Assembly (NCBI GenBank): GCA_049724395.1
Contig: JAUGWO010000091.1
Span: 186,001-250,000 of the forward strand
Length of the DNA: 64,000 bases
Reading direction: 5' to 3'
Source of the DNA: Spongospora subterranea f. sp. subterranea
Lineage: Eukaryota
Made by a program: the position numbers and the translations under genes
The notes under the pieces: model-generated
What the model was told of the DNA's origin: nothing
What the model saw: only the letters and a program-made list of their open reading frames with translations
Database searches by the model: none
Shown: piece by piece, positions 51,047 to 64,000 of the stretch
Layout of the letters: each line of letters begins with the position of its first letter
Position numbering within the stretch: position 1 is the first letter of the stretch

Positions 51047-52691
51047 ATGGCGGCGAATGGCGATAACAATAGGGATGAGGCAGCGGCCCAGGTGCGATTC
51101 CAGGTGCCTATCAAGCATATAGCCGACCTACGCGCCGACCTCTCCAAATTCCAGGCATCGCCTGCGTATCGGGAAGTAGTCGCCTTCTTAACGGCCCTGA
51201 ACGGCTCTGTTCGTTCATTGCCAATCTCATCGTGTCCGACGCCATCGCGTCATGCCATCGCTCTCACACAGATTCTAGACCAGTCCGTTACGACACCTTC
51301 CGCCATTACCACCATTACTTTCTAACATTGCATGGTTTCTTCCAAGCATCTTCCAATTCCTGTTAGTCTTTTCGCTTGTCGCTTTTTCAATTTGCATCGA
51401 AATTGATATCTGCATTTGCTCTCTTCACCTTTTTTTCCACAGGGTGTGAAAACTTCTCATTTTTCTGTGTTTCTGATGTGTTACTTCATCTCAATAATGC
51501 ACAATTCCACCAAGTAATCTGAATATGTTTTTTACTCTTTCGGATCTATCGAGGTTGCGCTGTTTAGTTATACATGATTCAGAATTGGGCAATGGATCGA
51601 CGAGATTCCTCCGTTAGCAAGCGCTCAACGTTATGGGAACAAAGCGTTCCGTTTATGGCTGGGGCGTCTTGAATCGGTAGATTAGACCAATTCTCTCAAT
51701 GGCCCGCCTGAACAGAGTATTAGGAAGCTCCGAATTTATTGAGATTGTTATTACCTGCCGATTTATTGGACGCTACTGTTGAGGTCGTCCCTTATTTCCT
51801 GGTCTCATTCGGCGATAAAACCAGAATCGACTATGGAACGGGGCATGAACTCAACTTCATAGCTTTCATTCTCTGCTTGGCGAAACTTGGTGTGTTCGGC
51901 CCAAATGATCTGCCTGTTATCGTTTTGCATGTATTTCACCATTATTTGAATCTCATGAGGAAACTTCAGACGGTGATTTATTGCATAATGCTCTATTCAA
52001 TAATCAGTGCTAATCATTCGCAAAGGTTTATTGGTTAGAACCCGCTGGATCAAAAGGTGTCTGGGGTCTCGATGACTACCAATTTCTGGCGTTTTACTGG
52101 GGAGCTTCTCAATTGATTGGTAAGACTATATCAGAAGTTTAATTTTAGAAAGGTGGAAACATTTTACAGGTTATCCCCTTCGGTTGACTTTCTTTATCTG
52201 TTTTCTTTTGCAAATCTGCCTGAACGTTTAATGTGTCAGGTTGCGAGAACGATGGCATCACGCCAAGTTCGATACACTCCCAGGCCATTGTTGATAAATG
52301 CGTTGACGATTACTTATATTTCAGCTGTATCCGTTTTATCACCAAGGTGTTGAACTGTTCCGGATCATGGTCCTCACAAGTTCATACATGTATTTCCATA
52401 GATGAAAAGAGGCAGATTTGAAGAATATGCTCCTCTGTTGAACGATATTTCGGCAGTCCCATTTTGGGAAAAGGTTAATTCAGGTAAATCGCAGTGATGA
52501 TACCCATGTTAATAAGTTTTGTGATGATTGTTTTTTCCGTATTCAGGCCTATTGCGCATGTATTATAAAGAAGTTTTAAACAAGTTTCCGGTCAGTTGAT
52601 CTGCCGACTCGTATAACAAATTCTGACCGTTGATTTTCAGGTCGTTCAACATTTCCTATTCGGCAGCATTTTGCGATATTCTTCTGAGTAA
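51047..52691 (+). CDS. PTPA: PP2A phosphotyrosyl phosphatase activator (PTPA/RRD)
   Basis: [87 protein letters not shown]. Confidence 0.96.
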
Positions 52692-53529
52692 TAAAATATC
52701 ATGTCAATTCAAACAGTGATCAAGGGGTAATTCTACCTTCGATAATTTCTTGATGCATATGTAGCAAAATAACAGGTACCGTACCGATGAGCTTCTGACG
52801 TTGAATAGGCTTCCTGGCAGGGATTTCAAGGCGAACGATATCTTAGATATGGTATTCTTGGTACTTGTTCCAACCCAAGAGTCGAATCAAGGGGGGACTC
52901 TACTCCTGATAATATTACGGACCCGAAAACATGCTATGAATACTTTGCGCACGAACTCATCCATCAATGATAGCGGTTGATCATTAACAAACAACAAAAA
53001 TCATTGAATTTCTTACCTTTAGGAGGCGTTGATAGTAGTGATCTTGAAGGAAATACTGTAATACTTTCGGGCCTGGACTCAATCTCTTACCCTCGCTGAT
53101 GCCTGTTATCAATTTCATTCAGAATCGCAATGCATTCAGAAAGTGCAGTGTTGCCGGGACACAATTTTCGGCGAGCGAAGTTTGCCTTGCGATAACATAG
53201 CGACGCAAGCGTTCACATCATCCACCCGCATTGTTAGTCAGGAAACTTAAAACGCGCTGAAATTTTGTCTTTGACCCAGGACAACGCCAGCGACGTGGCG
53301 AGATATTCCTATAGTAGCTGGTGGTTGACTGGCACAAATCACCAGGTTGCACCTAGAATCGAGTCATATTTGTTGAACGTTGAGAAAAAAAAAACACGAA
53401 AAATGCGGTCAACAGGCATTGACGCTGGATAATAATTCACCAACAAACCTGAGTGTACAATGGTGTAAAACCATAGCCACAGGCTCCGTGATCCTTTTTT
53501 TTCATCTGGTCCTTGAAAATATTGAAAAC

Positions 53530-54327
53530 ATGGGGTCGGACACGATTAGCTACGAAGGCACAACGTTGTATCCTAGTGACCTATGCCTCATTGATGCACC
53601 TGCATGGTTCAACGATAACCTTATTGGTGACTTCGTTTCGGGCATACGCTTCGGTAGGAGCTAAGACATTCATAGGTTTCGTCTATGATTGGTTCCAAAC
53701 TAAAACGTTCGCTGAGCCTCCGTACAAGTTTCTGTTTATTAATCCTGCGACGGCCTTCATAATAATGCACGAGAAAGGTTTGTCGGCGCGTATTTTTAAT
53801 GAGCTGTTTTTGATGAAAAACCTATTCAGATCCAGAAGATCTAATGAATGTTGTGCAATCATTGGAGCTAGATAAATACGAGATCGTGTTCATGCCGGTT
53901 AACAACAGCGACAACGTTCGAAGGGCTGGTGGCGGAAGCCACTGGAGCTTGTTGGTTTTACACAACACCAACAATGAGTTCGTTTATTTCGATTCGATGG
54001 GGTTATTCAACCGCTCCTACGCCCAAATAATCGTTGACCAAATTATCAACTGTCTGAGCCGAAATATAGCAATGGTTGATGGACAATGTCCTCAACAGGT
54101 ACATTCATCATCAATATTTGTGGTGCGCACACAATTACGTCGGGGTCTAGGCTAATTCTTACGACTGTGGAGTGTTCGTAATCGAGATGACAGACAGAAT
54201 AGCTAGCTCGTTGCGAAATGACGTGGAACTAAGCCAATTTGCGACAAGGATCACTCCAGAAGACATCGTCAGACGGCGCAATTATGTTCACGATATCATA
54301 AAACAAATTCAATCATCGCAATGCTAA
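53530..54327 (+). CDS. SENP8: NEDD8-specific protease (SENP8/DEN1/NEDP1)
   Basis: SY..TLYPSDL..WFNDNLIGF, FMPVNN..GGSHWSLLV..FDS, PQQANSYDCGVFV (Ulp1-family His/Asp/Cys triad in the short DEN1 architecture). Confidence 0.92.
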
Positions 54328-55228
54328 TTTAGTTTCAGTTTCGGTTCCCGACAAAGCGGTGTCAAAAGTAACAGTGCTAAACGAGACAGATTACGCTTTA
54401 CAATCAACATTTGTTTACATGGACGGTATTGTTTTAGAGCCAACATTTCTTGCGCCAAATTGTTGAATTGAACTGAGGCTGCTACCCATCCATAAATCTT
54501 TCGAAGGTTTGCACATTAGACCGTTGAGCATCAGTCCAAACTGTTGAGTTGCACAAACCGAAGGATGAAATTCTGCCTGAGCCATCTACTCGTTATTAAT
54601 TACCCGCTAATGTTTAGCGGAAATTGGGGTCGGATGTTTGATGAAGCTCGATTATTTCAAGTCAAGAAACTAGGTAGCCCGAACAACAGGAGATTCAAAA
54701 CGAAGCCATCTCCTGCCTTCAAATTCAATCTCACTGGGCATTAGGGATTTCCCAAAGCCCAAGATCAATTGAAGTCGTCGCCAATAGTTAGCCGTGAATT
54801 GGCCCGGGTTGCAACCTGCACATTTAGCGAACATTGATTAAATCCTGGAGAAAACTGAAGTTTCATCCAGAGCTCGGTAATGACAAAGGCGTCCCCGAAT
54901 ACTCCATAAGTGCTGTGGATGTCCACGAACCGTAAAACGCTCGCCGATTGTGGAGCTCAAGGTAGCGCATCGTCATCGTTAGATGAGCGGCAAATATTTG
55001 AGTGTACTACGGCCCCTTTCTCGATTGCAATGAGGCTCTTCCCCTTTCCAAACCGTCTAAACATCGCTGAAGTGCTTTCAATAATTGAAAAAGTGCCGTT
55101 CAAGCAAAAAACAGAGCAACATTTCTGATTCATAATCAGATTACAGTGTGGTTTATGATTAACAATTACCTGACGATATATAAATATATATTCTGATCCT
55201 GCTCGGTCTCATGTTTCAGCGCCGATTG

Positions 55229-55429
55229 TCATTGAGGCGGCTTTACACCTCGATCTTGAAGCGCCGTCTCTTTCTCCAGTTCGACGTTGAAGAATTCCCG
55301 GGTCCTGGTACGCATCTCGCTAACTGCATGAACCATTCCCTGGAGTCGATCTTGGTCGGAATCCTGGTAGGAGATGGTGGTCGTCATGATCTCGACGCCA
55401 TTGATCACAACTTGGCTCGTCACGGACAT
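55229..55429 (-). CDS. Small 66-aa protein, possible KEOPS subunit GON7-like
   Basis: Single ATG ORF in an otherwise empty interval. Two beta-like segments, then an amphipathic helix DRLQGMVHAVSEMRTRTREFF resembling my recollection of the GON7/C14orf142 helix. Confidence 0.4.
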   Translation of the reverse strand: MSVTSQVVINGVEIMTTTISYQDSDQDRLQGMVHAVSEMRTRTREFFNVELEKETALQDRGVKPPQ

Positions 55430-56299
55430 GTTACCGATGCCCGATACAGTACGACACTGACTGCCGACCGGCGCAAAAACCCATTACACCAACGGCCAAC
55501 GGGGCAAAATGTTGTAGGATATCACAACTATCAGCTTGGTTCCCTCGGCCTGTTCTTTTGACGTATAGTTCATTGACGATTGGTAGGACCATGTTTCACA
55601 CTTGCAAAGGGGCCTAATTGGTTAGGCCACCGTAGTCGTCGCTGTCGTTAACTATTTTTCAATGGCCGCCCGACTTCGAGTTATGCTCATCCAATAAGAC
55701 TTACCGCTTCTGATATTGTGGGCCTGAATCAACGATCAGGTCGTAGCGGATGGTCGAAGGGTGTGCGCCCAATTATGCGAATGGCGCACAGGGTTTACAT
55801 TTTCATTTCCTCATTTCTTGAAATACTCCAAGAACCAAAAACTAACTGGTCCGTTAGTTATGTAGATATTTATCAACAATGACGGTGGGTCCAGTCGCCG
55901 TATAGACGACAGTCGGGCAGATACCCGCTCTTCTATCTTCCTTCGAATGTCAATACATAATTGCATATGTCAATAAATTATTCCGCCAATTGCCCATGAA
56001 TAGCCCATGGTTCACGTCAAATAGGTCAATCCATCACTGTTCGTGACACCTCAAACATTACTGCCTGTTACTGCCCATCCTTGTGTTCAACAACAGTCAA
56101 GCCACTTGCTGTAGTGTACTAACACTGTACTAACGCAACCCCATCCGTTTTCCTGTGTGTTTGTTTTCACCGTGGTGAGTCCGTGGTGTATCACTGTCAT
56201 TTGTGGGGTGTTGACCGTTCCCACGTGCTGCTGTTCTGTGTCACATTCCAGAAGTGAGTCGAGGAGTGAAGAACCCTTTTTTTTTCATTGGTAGACCTG

Positions 56300-57622
56300 A
56301 TGTCCAGCGCTCCCAATAAGCGTTTCGCCCGCCTCGAAGCGAAAGTTGAGCTGTATATTGGTGAGGGCAAATTTTACGAAGCTGAACAAATGTAAGATGG
56401 TAAAACCGATTTTTTTCGGTGGTTGCTTCTGAGCTGTAGCTCTGATATCTGGTTTATTTCTTGTTTTGCGTACATTTCTATGCCATGATTCAAGCCATTA
56501 ATAATGGGAAATTAGTTCTCTGAACTCCTTCGAATCCAAATACACTTTTAGTTGTGCTCTTATATCTCTAGTAGTGACTTTCTGAATTTCAGATATTCAA
56601 CAATATGTTCACGTTTGTCTTCCGACAAGCTTTTTTCAGAAGCATCTGACGTCGCTTACCAAGGCGCTCAGCGACTTTTAACCACAGGAACGGGCAATGC
56701 TGGTGCCAAACTCTCTATGTCCTTCATCAACATTTTGACAATTGGAAAGGTCCCCATGACAGCAGAGATTATTGGTAAACATTTCCAAATGTCTCTATTC
56801 ATGTTCTCAAGAAAATTTCAGATAAGATCGTAGATGTGTTTCGATCCTTTCCTGGGGCTAATTGCGTTTCCAAGGTGGGCTTCATGAAAGCTGCCATTAA
56901 GTACAGTATATTTGTTGGAAATTCTTGAACATAATATTAATGATCCGAACAGATGGTCTTATCAGTTTGATACTTCCGGCGGCGATCCAACGTTGCATCG
57001 AGAGTTGGCTCTGCACTTCCGCTCTGTTGGCGCTTTTGGCGATGCCAATTTACATTTGCTTAGAGCGAAAGACTGTGATTTGCATTATGAGTTGCTATCT
57101 GAATGGAGCCATCATGTGTACAAAAGCGAGCAGGATTTGCTCATCGCCAGAACCGTTATTCAGTTAGTAAACCGCTCTCGTTTCCTTCCTTTCTATTTAC
57201 TATACTGAATTCCATAGGTATTTGTGTCTGGAAGACGTCTCTGGGGCTCTTCGTATCTTAGATCTTGCCCGTGCAGGGGATATAACACCTCTCCTCAAAA
57301 CTCCACTAATGAGTTTTACCAAATTCCGTAATGCCCCGTCAACATCTTTTTGCATGCTAATTTTTTTTAGTAGTTGAATCGGTTCGACGGAACTCCACAG
57401 GGCTTTTTCAGATGCTGCGATCGAAATATGCGTTATCATTGAAAAGAGATTCTGCCTTTGAAACCGTAAGCTTCTAATAGTAATGTTCAAATTTGGTAAC
57501 TGAAGCAGTTATCAATTTAGTATATGGATCAGATTGGTGAAAAAATTTTCAATATTCAATCAGGAAACAGAGGGGGGCTTTTCTCGGATTTATTCTCCAA
57601 TTTAATTGACAGCCCAGCTTAA
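56300..57622 (+). CDS. GET4: Golgi-to-ER traffic protein 4 (GET4/TRC35)
   Basis: GKFYEAEQMY.T..R; GA..LL..G..L; FMKAAI.WS..GDPTLH; ANLHLL; DLLIARTVIQYLCL; TPLMSF; YMDQIGEKFF.I. Confidence 0.9.
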
Positions 57623-58552
57623 CGTGTCAACTCTTTGTAACCACATCACGTAATCGCAGGGACGATTGGCTTTAATATACATATTCACAAATCTAACTCT
57701 AATACTATTCGGAACAGTTTTCATATCGCTTTAGCAAGCAGTTATCGATTGTGGTAATTCGTTTTCCGATGGTTCCAGCTGTAACCCGCAGAATGGAGAA
57801 TCCAATATTAAGGATACTGATTGTACAGAAATTAAAAAAAGAACTATGTGAAATTTTCAGGTGCTGCTAACAGAAATCGGGCCACAATTAACCGTGAAGG
57901 CTCCGGTATCTGGCGGACGATGTCGATATGCGTTTATATCATCAAGCGCATCTGGAATGCAAACCGAACGTGTGAATGCCTAAATATCCTACAGCAGCGA
58001 TGGCTGGCAAACTCTGACAATGTCCTGAGTTTCTTCGCATGCATATATCCGATACCAATTTGGCGATACATGAACTTGCTGCAAAGACGCAATGGCAACG
58101 TCTTGCAAGCTATTATGGGAACACCAGCACCGACGAAGTTGTTGAAACTTAGGGTGACGACGATGATTTTGCGAGAAATTCATTTTCCAAATTCGTAGTA
58201 AATCCGATAAACCCCCTGTAATTTTGTCCCGCTATCTGATATAGGTATGTCTGAACCCCCTCGACCAGTCCCGGTCCCATCCCACTGTCATCCTCTGGAC
58301 AGTGCCCGTAACCCCCCTCGACCGGCACCAAAGGGGACGTCACTATCAATCTCTCCCTGGCAACGGCCCATCGCCCCTTTCCCTGATATTGTATCCGCTA
58401 CAACTCCATCGTTTTCCCCACTGGGATAAAGTCCGAGGAAATTAGTCCGCAATCTGATCGCCATCTTTGTATATTGTTCTTTCAAGTGAACGACCTTCCC
58501 AAGCAAAGCCAAAATCGTCTGGGCCCGGGCATGAATAAAGCTCCCATCCGCA

Positions 58553-60334
58553 ATGCGGACTGAACTGCCGACATTGGAGCAGTTTTTAGTGACGGCTGGT
58601 GGCTCCACGTCCTGGGCCGACGCTGTAGATGAGCCCGAATATTACGCCGAAGATGAGATCGTTGGAGATGCTGTTGATTCCGAGCCGGAGCGCGCTCCGT
58701 TGCGTCGTAGCATGCAGACGTCTCCGCCGTTTGTTGCAGAGTGCCACAATCTGAGTTTCAAATGTAAACCTGATGATCTGGTTCGCTTTTTTGCCCCCAG
58801 CGAGATTGTCAACATCGAGATGCCTCAGGCATTTAATCGGCCTAAAGGGTTCGCGTATGTGGAGTTTGCCGACGTCGCTGGCCTTGATGCAGCCCTGAAT
58901 CGTTCAGGACAACAGCACCTTGGTCGCGTCGTTAGCATTGAAGTTTATCGGCAGCAATCTCGCCCTCCTGTCCGGTCTCATTCATCGAATGGGCCGTTGT
59001 CCCGACCGCCCTTTCATTCTCGTGGACCGGCGCCGTCCCAGGCACCTCCCGCTGAGCGGCCTAAGCTTAATTTATTGAAGCGCCAGGTAGAACCTGAGGC
59101 AGTTGCCGTCGGTATTAAGGCGTCGGCTTCGGCCTCCCAGCTTTTTGGAGGAGGTCGTACACGTGAAGAAATTCTCAAAGAAAAAGAGCAGATAGCGGAA
59201 GCAGAGAAGGCTCGCGCATTGGCGTCGCCTAAGAAATCAGAAGAAATCCGGGAAGAGCGGCGCCATGTTCCGGTTGTACAAGGTCCTCTAAGGTCCCCAC
59301 CCGCGAAATTCTCTCGACCAGTTCATGAAGTTGAGAACAAAGGCAACGACCAAAGGCGTCCGAATGTTGAAGTGTCGGAGAGTTCCAGACCGATTAACCC
59401 ATGGGGAGCTCAAGACCGCGGTTCCGACAAAGATTCGGATGCTGCCGGAGCGAGCAAATCGGCAATTCACACCCAAGGACGACCCAATCTAGAACCGGTG
59501 ACATCGAATACTTCCAGATCAAATAGACCATGGGGTCAGCAAGAGACTCGCCCTACTTCCGTTCGTTCCAATGAGGATAAAGGTTCCGACCCGTCAAGGC
59601 AGAATAGTAGGCCTTCGAACGAGCATCAAAACCGCGACAACAATTCGCGCGGGAATCGAGACCATGAATCATCATCTGGGAACTCCCGACCGATTAAGCA
59701 ATGGACAACACAGCAGGGCCATCATGGTCATTCCCGACACAATCACGATGAAGATCCTAGGAGAAATCATAACGGGAAGCCAGGCAACAGTAATGATCAC
59801 TCAAAACCGCTTTCCAAACCTGTTCGTGGCCCCAGGAATTTACATTGGGAGCCTAGACAACCTGCTGAACAGAAATCCGCTCAAACGTCTACTGACCAGC
59901 ATCCGTCGGAAACGCCCAAGGATGACGAACCGAATCGTGCTTTAGTTCAGGTTCAGAGCCTTAGTATTCCGTCAACGCCGGTATCGCAGCCAGAACAAAA
60001 ATCGCCGTCTCCAAGAGCAGCGCCGTCGCGGAAACCGTCCTCATCACCGAAGAAGACGCAAGACGTAGTGGAATCACCGACGAAGTCTGCAAACACACCT
60101 CGTTCTGTCGAAGATCAACCATCAGGTGATCCGTCAGGTTTTGAAACGAGTCGTCGTGGTAAAGGTCGCCGCCCTAAGCGATCGACGATTCCTACACGTT
60201 CAGCTACACCGACAGTTGAATCGAACCGTGGTCGACGTCCTTTCTCCCCCACCGAGTTCAACTTACCGCCGTCCTCAGTGTCATTCTCCACCAACCCGTA
60301 CGCTGGTTTAGCTACGTCTGACGACGATGAATAA
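58553..60334 (+). CDS. RRM protein, eIF4B/eIF4H-like, with long disordered C-terminus (intronless, 593 aa)
   Basis: SWADAVD; PPFVA..NLSF; RNP1 KGFAYVEF; ERPKLNLLKR; LFGGGRTREE, a motif set typical of eIF4B/4H. Confidence 0.8.
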   Translation: MRTELPTLEQFLVTAGGSTSWADAVDEPEYYAEDEIVGDAVDSEPERAPLRRSMQTSPPFVAECHNLSFKCKPDDLVRFFAPSEIVNIEMPQAFNRPKGFAYVEFADVAGLDAALNRSGQQHLGRVVSIEVYRQQSRPPVRSHSSNGPLSRPPFHSRGPAPSQAPPAERPKLNLLKRQVEPEAVAVGIKASASASQLFGGGRTREEILKEKEQIAEAEKARALASPKKSEEIREERRHVPVVQGPLRSPPAKFSRPVHEVENKGNDQRRPNVEVSESSRPINPWGAQDRGSDKDSDAAGASKSAIHTQGRPNLEPVTSNTSRSNRPWGQQETRPTSVRSNEDKGSDPSRQNSRPSNEHQNRDNNSRGNRDHESSSGNSRPIKQWTTQQGHHGHSRHNHDEDPRRNHNGKPGNSNDHSKPLSKPVRGPRNLHWEPRQPAEQKSAQTSTDQHPSETPKDDEPNRALVQVQSLSIPSTPVSQPEQKSPSPRAAPSRKPSSSPKKTQDVVESPTKSANTPRSVEDQPSGDPSGFETSRRGKGRRPKRSTIPTRSATPTVESNRGRRPFSPTEFNLPPSSVSFSTNPYAGLATSDDDE

Positions 60335-60488
60335 CGACTCCAACGTCAATAATTTTCCCAATACAATTATACAGATTTGTTGCTTTAACTTCCCCACTGT
60401 CATTATCGGCGCTTTTTCAACTACAGCGTCTTCCTGATATTTCCACAATTGGGTTTACCCGACCATGAATTCTGAATGTTGTTGTATA

Positions 60489-62960
60489 TTACAGATTAGT
60501 ATAACTTGGACCGCCACCTCCTTCAGGGACAGTCCAACGGATGAATCGTCCTGGCGTCTTGATGTCGCACGTCTTGCAATGTACGCAATTGGCGGCATTG
60601 ATCTGCAGTTTACGTCCTTCGGCCCCGGCATCGACATACTCATACACTTTCGCCGGGCAGAAGTATTGCTCTGGACCACCATAGACTTTCAGACTTTCCT
60701 CGACGGGAAAAGAACTCTTTTTTCCTTCGCGAAACCGAAGATGACCCTAAAATCAAACATGTCAGATAGATAATCGTCATTCTCAAATGTAACAAACAGA
60801 ACAGGTTCAATTGGAAACACCACGGAAAACGCAGCCGAAGCGGGATTGTAATACCGGCTGATCTTCTTCGTGACGAACACCGCTACGCTGGAGATTGGTC
60901 AACAGATCGAAACTGATTCGGTTGTCGGGGCGGAAATTGCCGGAGGGTGGAGAATACGATTCGGCAGGCCGAGTACGATCCGCATCCCAGGATTTGTTGT
61001 GAAATGTCCATGGCTCTCGGCCCTTCAACATCAAAAGCTCCAATCCGCTGTACATCATACCACCTGTATTGGAGAATCAACAATCGAACGTTCAATTGAG
61101 TGGTGTTCTGTAGATTCGACGACGAAAATGTGCGCATTGCCGCTACAGCTCAACTTGAAAGAAAACAAGAAAACAGGAATTATAAAATGGGGTAATTTTG
61201 TGCAGAGGCGAGTTACCTAACGTTCCCCCGAACTTTTTAAACGCTGGTTTAGCATTGCGAACAGCTTTGAGTTCGGACCAGATCCATGATGATTTGATCA
61301 TGTCTTCATAATCTGAGACTTCCGCTCCCTGAACGTTGTCGGTGGATTTTAGTTTGTCAGCGATCGCATCGGCGGCGACCATGCCGGATTTCATGGCCGT
61401 ATGCGTGCCCTTGATGCGAGGGACATTGAGAAAACCTGCAGCACAGCCTACCAGCAACGCGCCTGGAACCGTCAGCTTGGGGATTGCCTGAAAGCCGCCT
61501 GTGGATATGACCCGTGCGCCATAACCAATAGGGACCCCATTCTTCAGCATTGGACTGATGGACGAATGATGTTTGAATTCCTACGATTCACTAGGGTGAA
61601 TAGGTGAGCGGTCCTGGTAAAAAAAATGGGGACAGAACTAGCCGACCAGGCGTCTCTTGAAAGTCGATCAACTTTTTCAAACAGTATGACAAACGTTGAT
61701 TCGTAAAACATTGAAAACATACTTATTGTTTACAAACTCAGTGCATTACAGAAATGAATTGGAGAAACTGACTTGAAAGAGATTGTAGGGATGTGTATAT
61801 GGGTTCTGATAGTCCAGACCGACGACGAAACCGATCGATAACAGGTTCGGGTCAAAGTGATAGGCGAACGAGCCACCGTAAATCGCGTTGGGCAACGGCC
61901 ATCCCAATGTATGCAGAACCGAGCCAGGTTGGTGAACGCTGGGATCGATTTCCCAAAGCTATGACAGAAAGTTGGTAAACAAGGAAACAGGTCGTAAACT
62001 TCAGGAAACATCTCGGTACGATATCGATAACAATAAGATGTTTTCGGTCACTAATTAACGAAAACACGGAAAAGAATGGGATATTACTTCCTTCAACCCA
62101 ATAGAATACGATTGAGGGTCGCAATTGGCGCGAAGATCGAACCGATCGATAACTTGTTCAGTTAACGAGCCACACGCGCCTTCAGCGAATATTGTCTGAG
62201 ATGCGCGTAGCTCCATCCCGGGCTGATAATTATCTACAATGGAATCAGTTCCTAATTACCCCAAATTATACCCCAAACGACCTTTATGTTTTCCGTCTTT
62301 CCCGATTCCGAAATCACGGGTGACTACGCCGGCAACAGCGCCTTTATCATCATAAATTACATCGCTGGCTGCGAAACCGGGATAAACATCAACACCGCTA
62401 ATCGACAGCAAAAGAGTCAATATCGCCGCCAGCAGAGACACAATTGGCCCGTGTTACCATTCCATGGCTTTATCGCCAAGCCATTGTACAAGTCGCCCCA
62501 GGCTGATCACGTAATTCCCAGCGTTATGCAACGCTGGCGGTATGGGAACAGGTATCGACCATGAACTATTCGGTAAATACCTGAACCGATCTTTGGTCAC
62601 TTCCGTCTGTAATGGCGCCTGTACATCATTTGATCATCAGCGGACGCCCCCGATGGCCAAAACAAAAACCACGATCGGTTTGAAGTTAAATAACGTGTTT
62701 GATACCTGAGTTGAGCGCCAATCCGGCAATAATTCATTGAGAGCCCGAGGATCAAACACATTGCCGGATAGAATATGGGACCCGAGTTCACCACTCTTCT
62801 CAATCACACAGACGTTGAGGTCGGCGCGGCGCTGTTTGAGGCGAATGGCGGCCGAGAGACCAGCCGGGCCGGCGCCCACAATCAGGACATCAACGGCGAT
62901 GGAATCGCGGGCGATGCTGGTCAGGCATCGTCTCCAGGTTCTCCTGGCCAACACCATCAT
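60489..62960 (-). CDS. ETFDH: Electron transfer flavoprotein-ubiquinone oxidoreductase (multi-exon)
   Basis: [112 protein letters not shown] (4Fe-4S cluster). Confidence 0.97.
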
Positions 62961-63433
62961 GATCGTTAAGTGCGCCGTCCCTTTCTTAACAATATGACCA
63001 GGGGGATAATAGCGCCACCTCCACCCCCAATATCCAATCGGGTCAATACATTATTATCCTGGTCACTATCAATTACCCCCTTTTTTCCATTTTCACGAAT
63101 TTTCCTCAATTTATTTCAGATTGACGTGAAATTCGTGTGTGAATTATTGTCGCTGGTCCTATGGGCCATTCATATCTGGATGATGACCATGAAGAGGGGG
63201 TTCATTGTGATCACATCTCGTGTTTGGATATGGTATTAACTTGATGGGGTTCTGCCTGGTTCCATGGGGTTCAACAGATCAACAGGGAAACAGGACCCGA
63301 TCTGGATTGTTTTCGGGCGGATTCGCCGTCCCGTTATCTGGATGGATCTGGAATACGTCGATCTGGATCGGCCCGTTGGACAGGGACAAATAGGCCAAAC
63401 CGCCCCAACCAGCATTAATAACTCGACTGGACC

Positions 63434-64000
63434 ATGAATTGGTTAACGGGAACGGTGTCGCCCTGGGCGATACTGCTGCTGACCATAATCCTGCTCGGGA
63501 GCGGATCGGGTCAGACCTCACTCGGATCGGGGTCGTTCACCACCACCGATGGGTCATATTCGGCCAACTGGACCATGATCGACGCCAACACCATCGCGTT
63601 CACGATTAGCGCCATGACGAGTGGATGGGTCTCCATTGGCTGGTCGGTTAACCCACGAGGTATACCGGGGTCGTACACTCGTTGTCCCACAGCACATTGA
63701 TCGTAAATCTGATCGATATCACACATTGTATCATATCTGTTCGGCGATGGGAATTTTTTTTGAATTTTTGCGTTTATTGAAGTGGATCTTGGGCCGTTAT
63801 AAACATATGGGTTTAGATTCATGGAATGGATTGGTAAATGGGTATTCCATTCAGGTCACCTAAACACAGCGGCCGTTGTTGCCTGGGTTGGCAACGATGG
63901 CGCCACAACCATCATCGACGGGTTCTCGGCCACATCGCGTCGCACTCCGACCCCGGCCAACTTTATCGACAGTGTCGGGGTGACCGGGACCCAGTCCAAC
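63434..64000 (+). CDS. Secreted or membrane DOMON-domain protein, 5' part (runs off the window)
   Basis: Signal peptide, then YSANW..IAFTISA.TSGWVSIGWS; after an intron, AVVAWV..G..IIDGFS. Confidence 0.75.

Noticed and set aside
52700..53235. Possible small spliced minus-strand gene between PTPA and SENP8
   Set aside because: Splice-like signals are present, but I could not build a convincing frame or recognise a family. The same applies to 40.3-41.2, 47.3-47.9 and 54.4-55.1 kb.
58149..58349. GIY-YIG-like FIGFTTNL motif in a minus-strand ORF
   Set aside because: Short, non-ATG start, and lacking the downstream Arg/His/Glu residues; probably chance.

Overview
Eukaryotic nuclear DNA, gene-dense, with many short GT-AG introns (mostly ~50-80 nt). 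It includes cilium-associated genes (MYCBPAP-like, DPCD), so the organism is probably a flagellated or zoosporic protist; a phytomyxid-like rhizarian is my unverified guess. The two flanks (0.2-10.5 kb and 25.8-64 kb) carry about 22 housekeeping genes: DIM1, mitochondrial uL4, a histidine phosphatase, LisH-WD40, cofilin, a Kv-type channel, DPCD, an LYR protein, acetyl-CoA synthetase, LRR-RhoGAP, SLX1, RBX1, CSN4, PTPA, SENP8/DEN1, GET4, eIF4B-like, ETF-QO and a DOMON protein. Between them (10.8-25.1 kb) is an island of five tRNA genes (4x Arg-ACG, 1x Lys-CTT) interleaved with at least seven Ty1/copia LTR-retrotransposon pieces and a 66-bp higher-order minisatellite. A separate 107-bp satellite lies at 28.3-30.6 kb. 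The main find is in the island. Two different copia elements with TA-starting LTRs each begin exactly 13 bp upstream of a tRNA-Arg gene, in divergent orientation, which is Ty3/DGLT-A-like Pol III start-site precision in a copia element. The family's primer-binding site is complementary to the anticodon arm (nt 26-40) of tRNA-Lys(CUU), implying half-tRNA-Lys priming, and a matching tRNA-Lys gene lies in the same island. All protein identifications are by motif recognition; no database searches were run.
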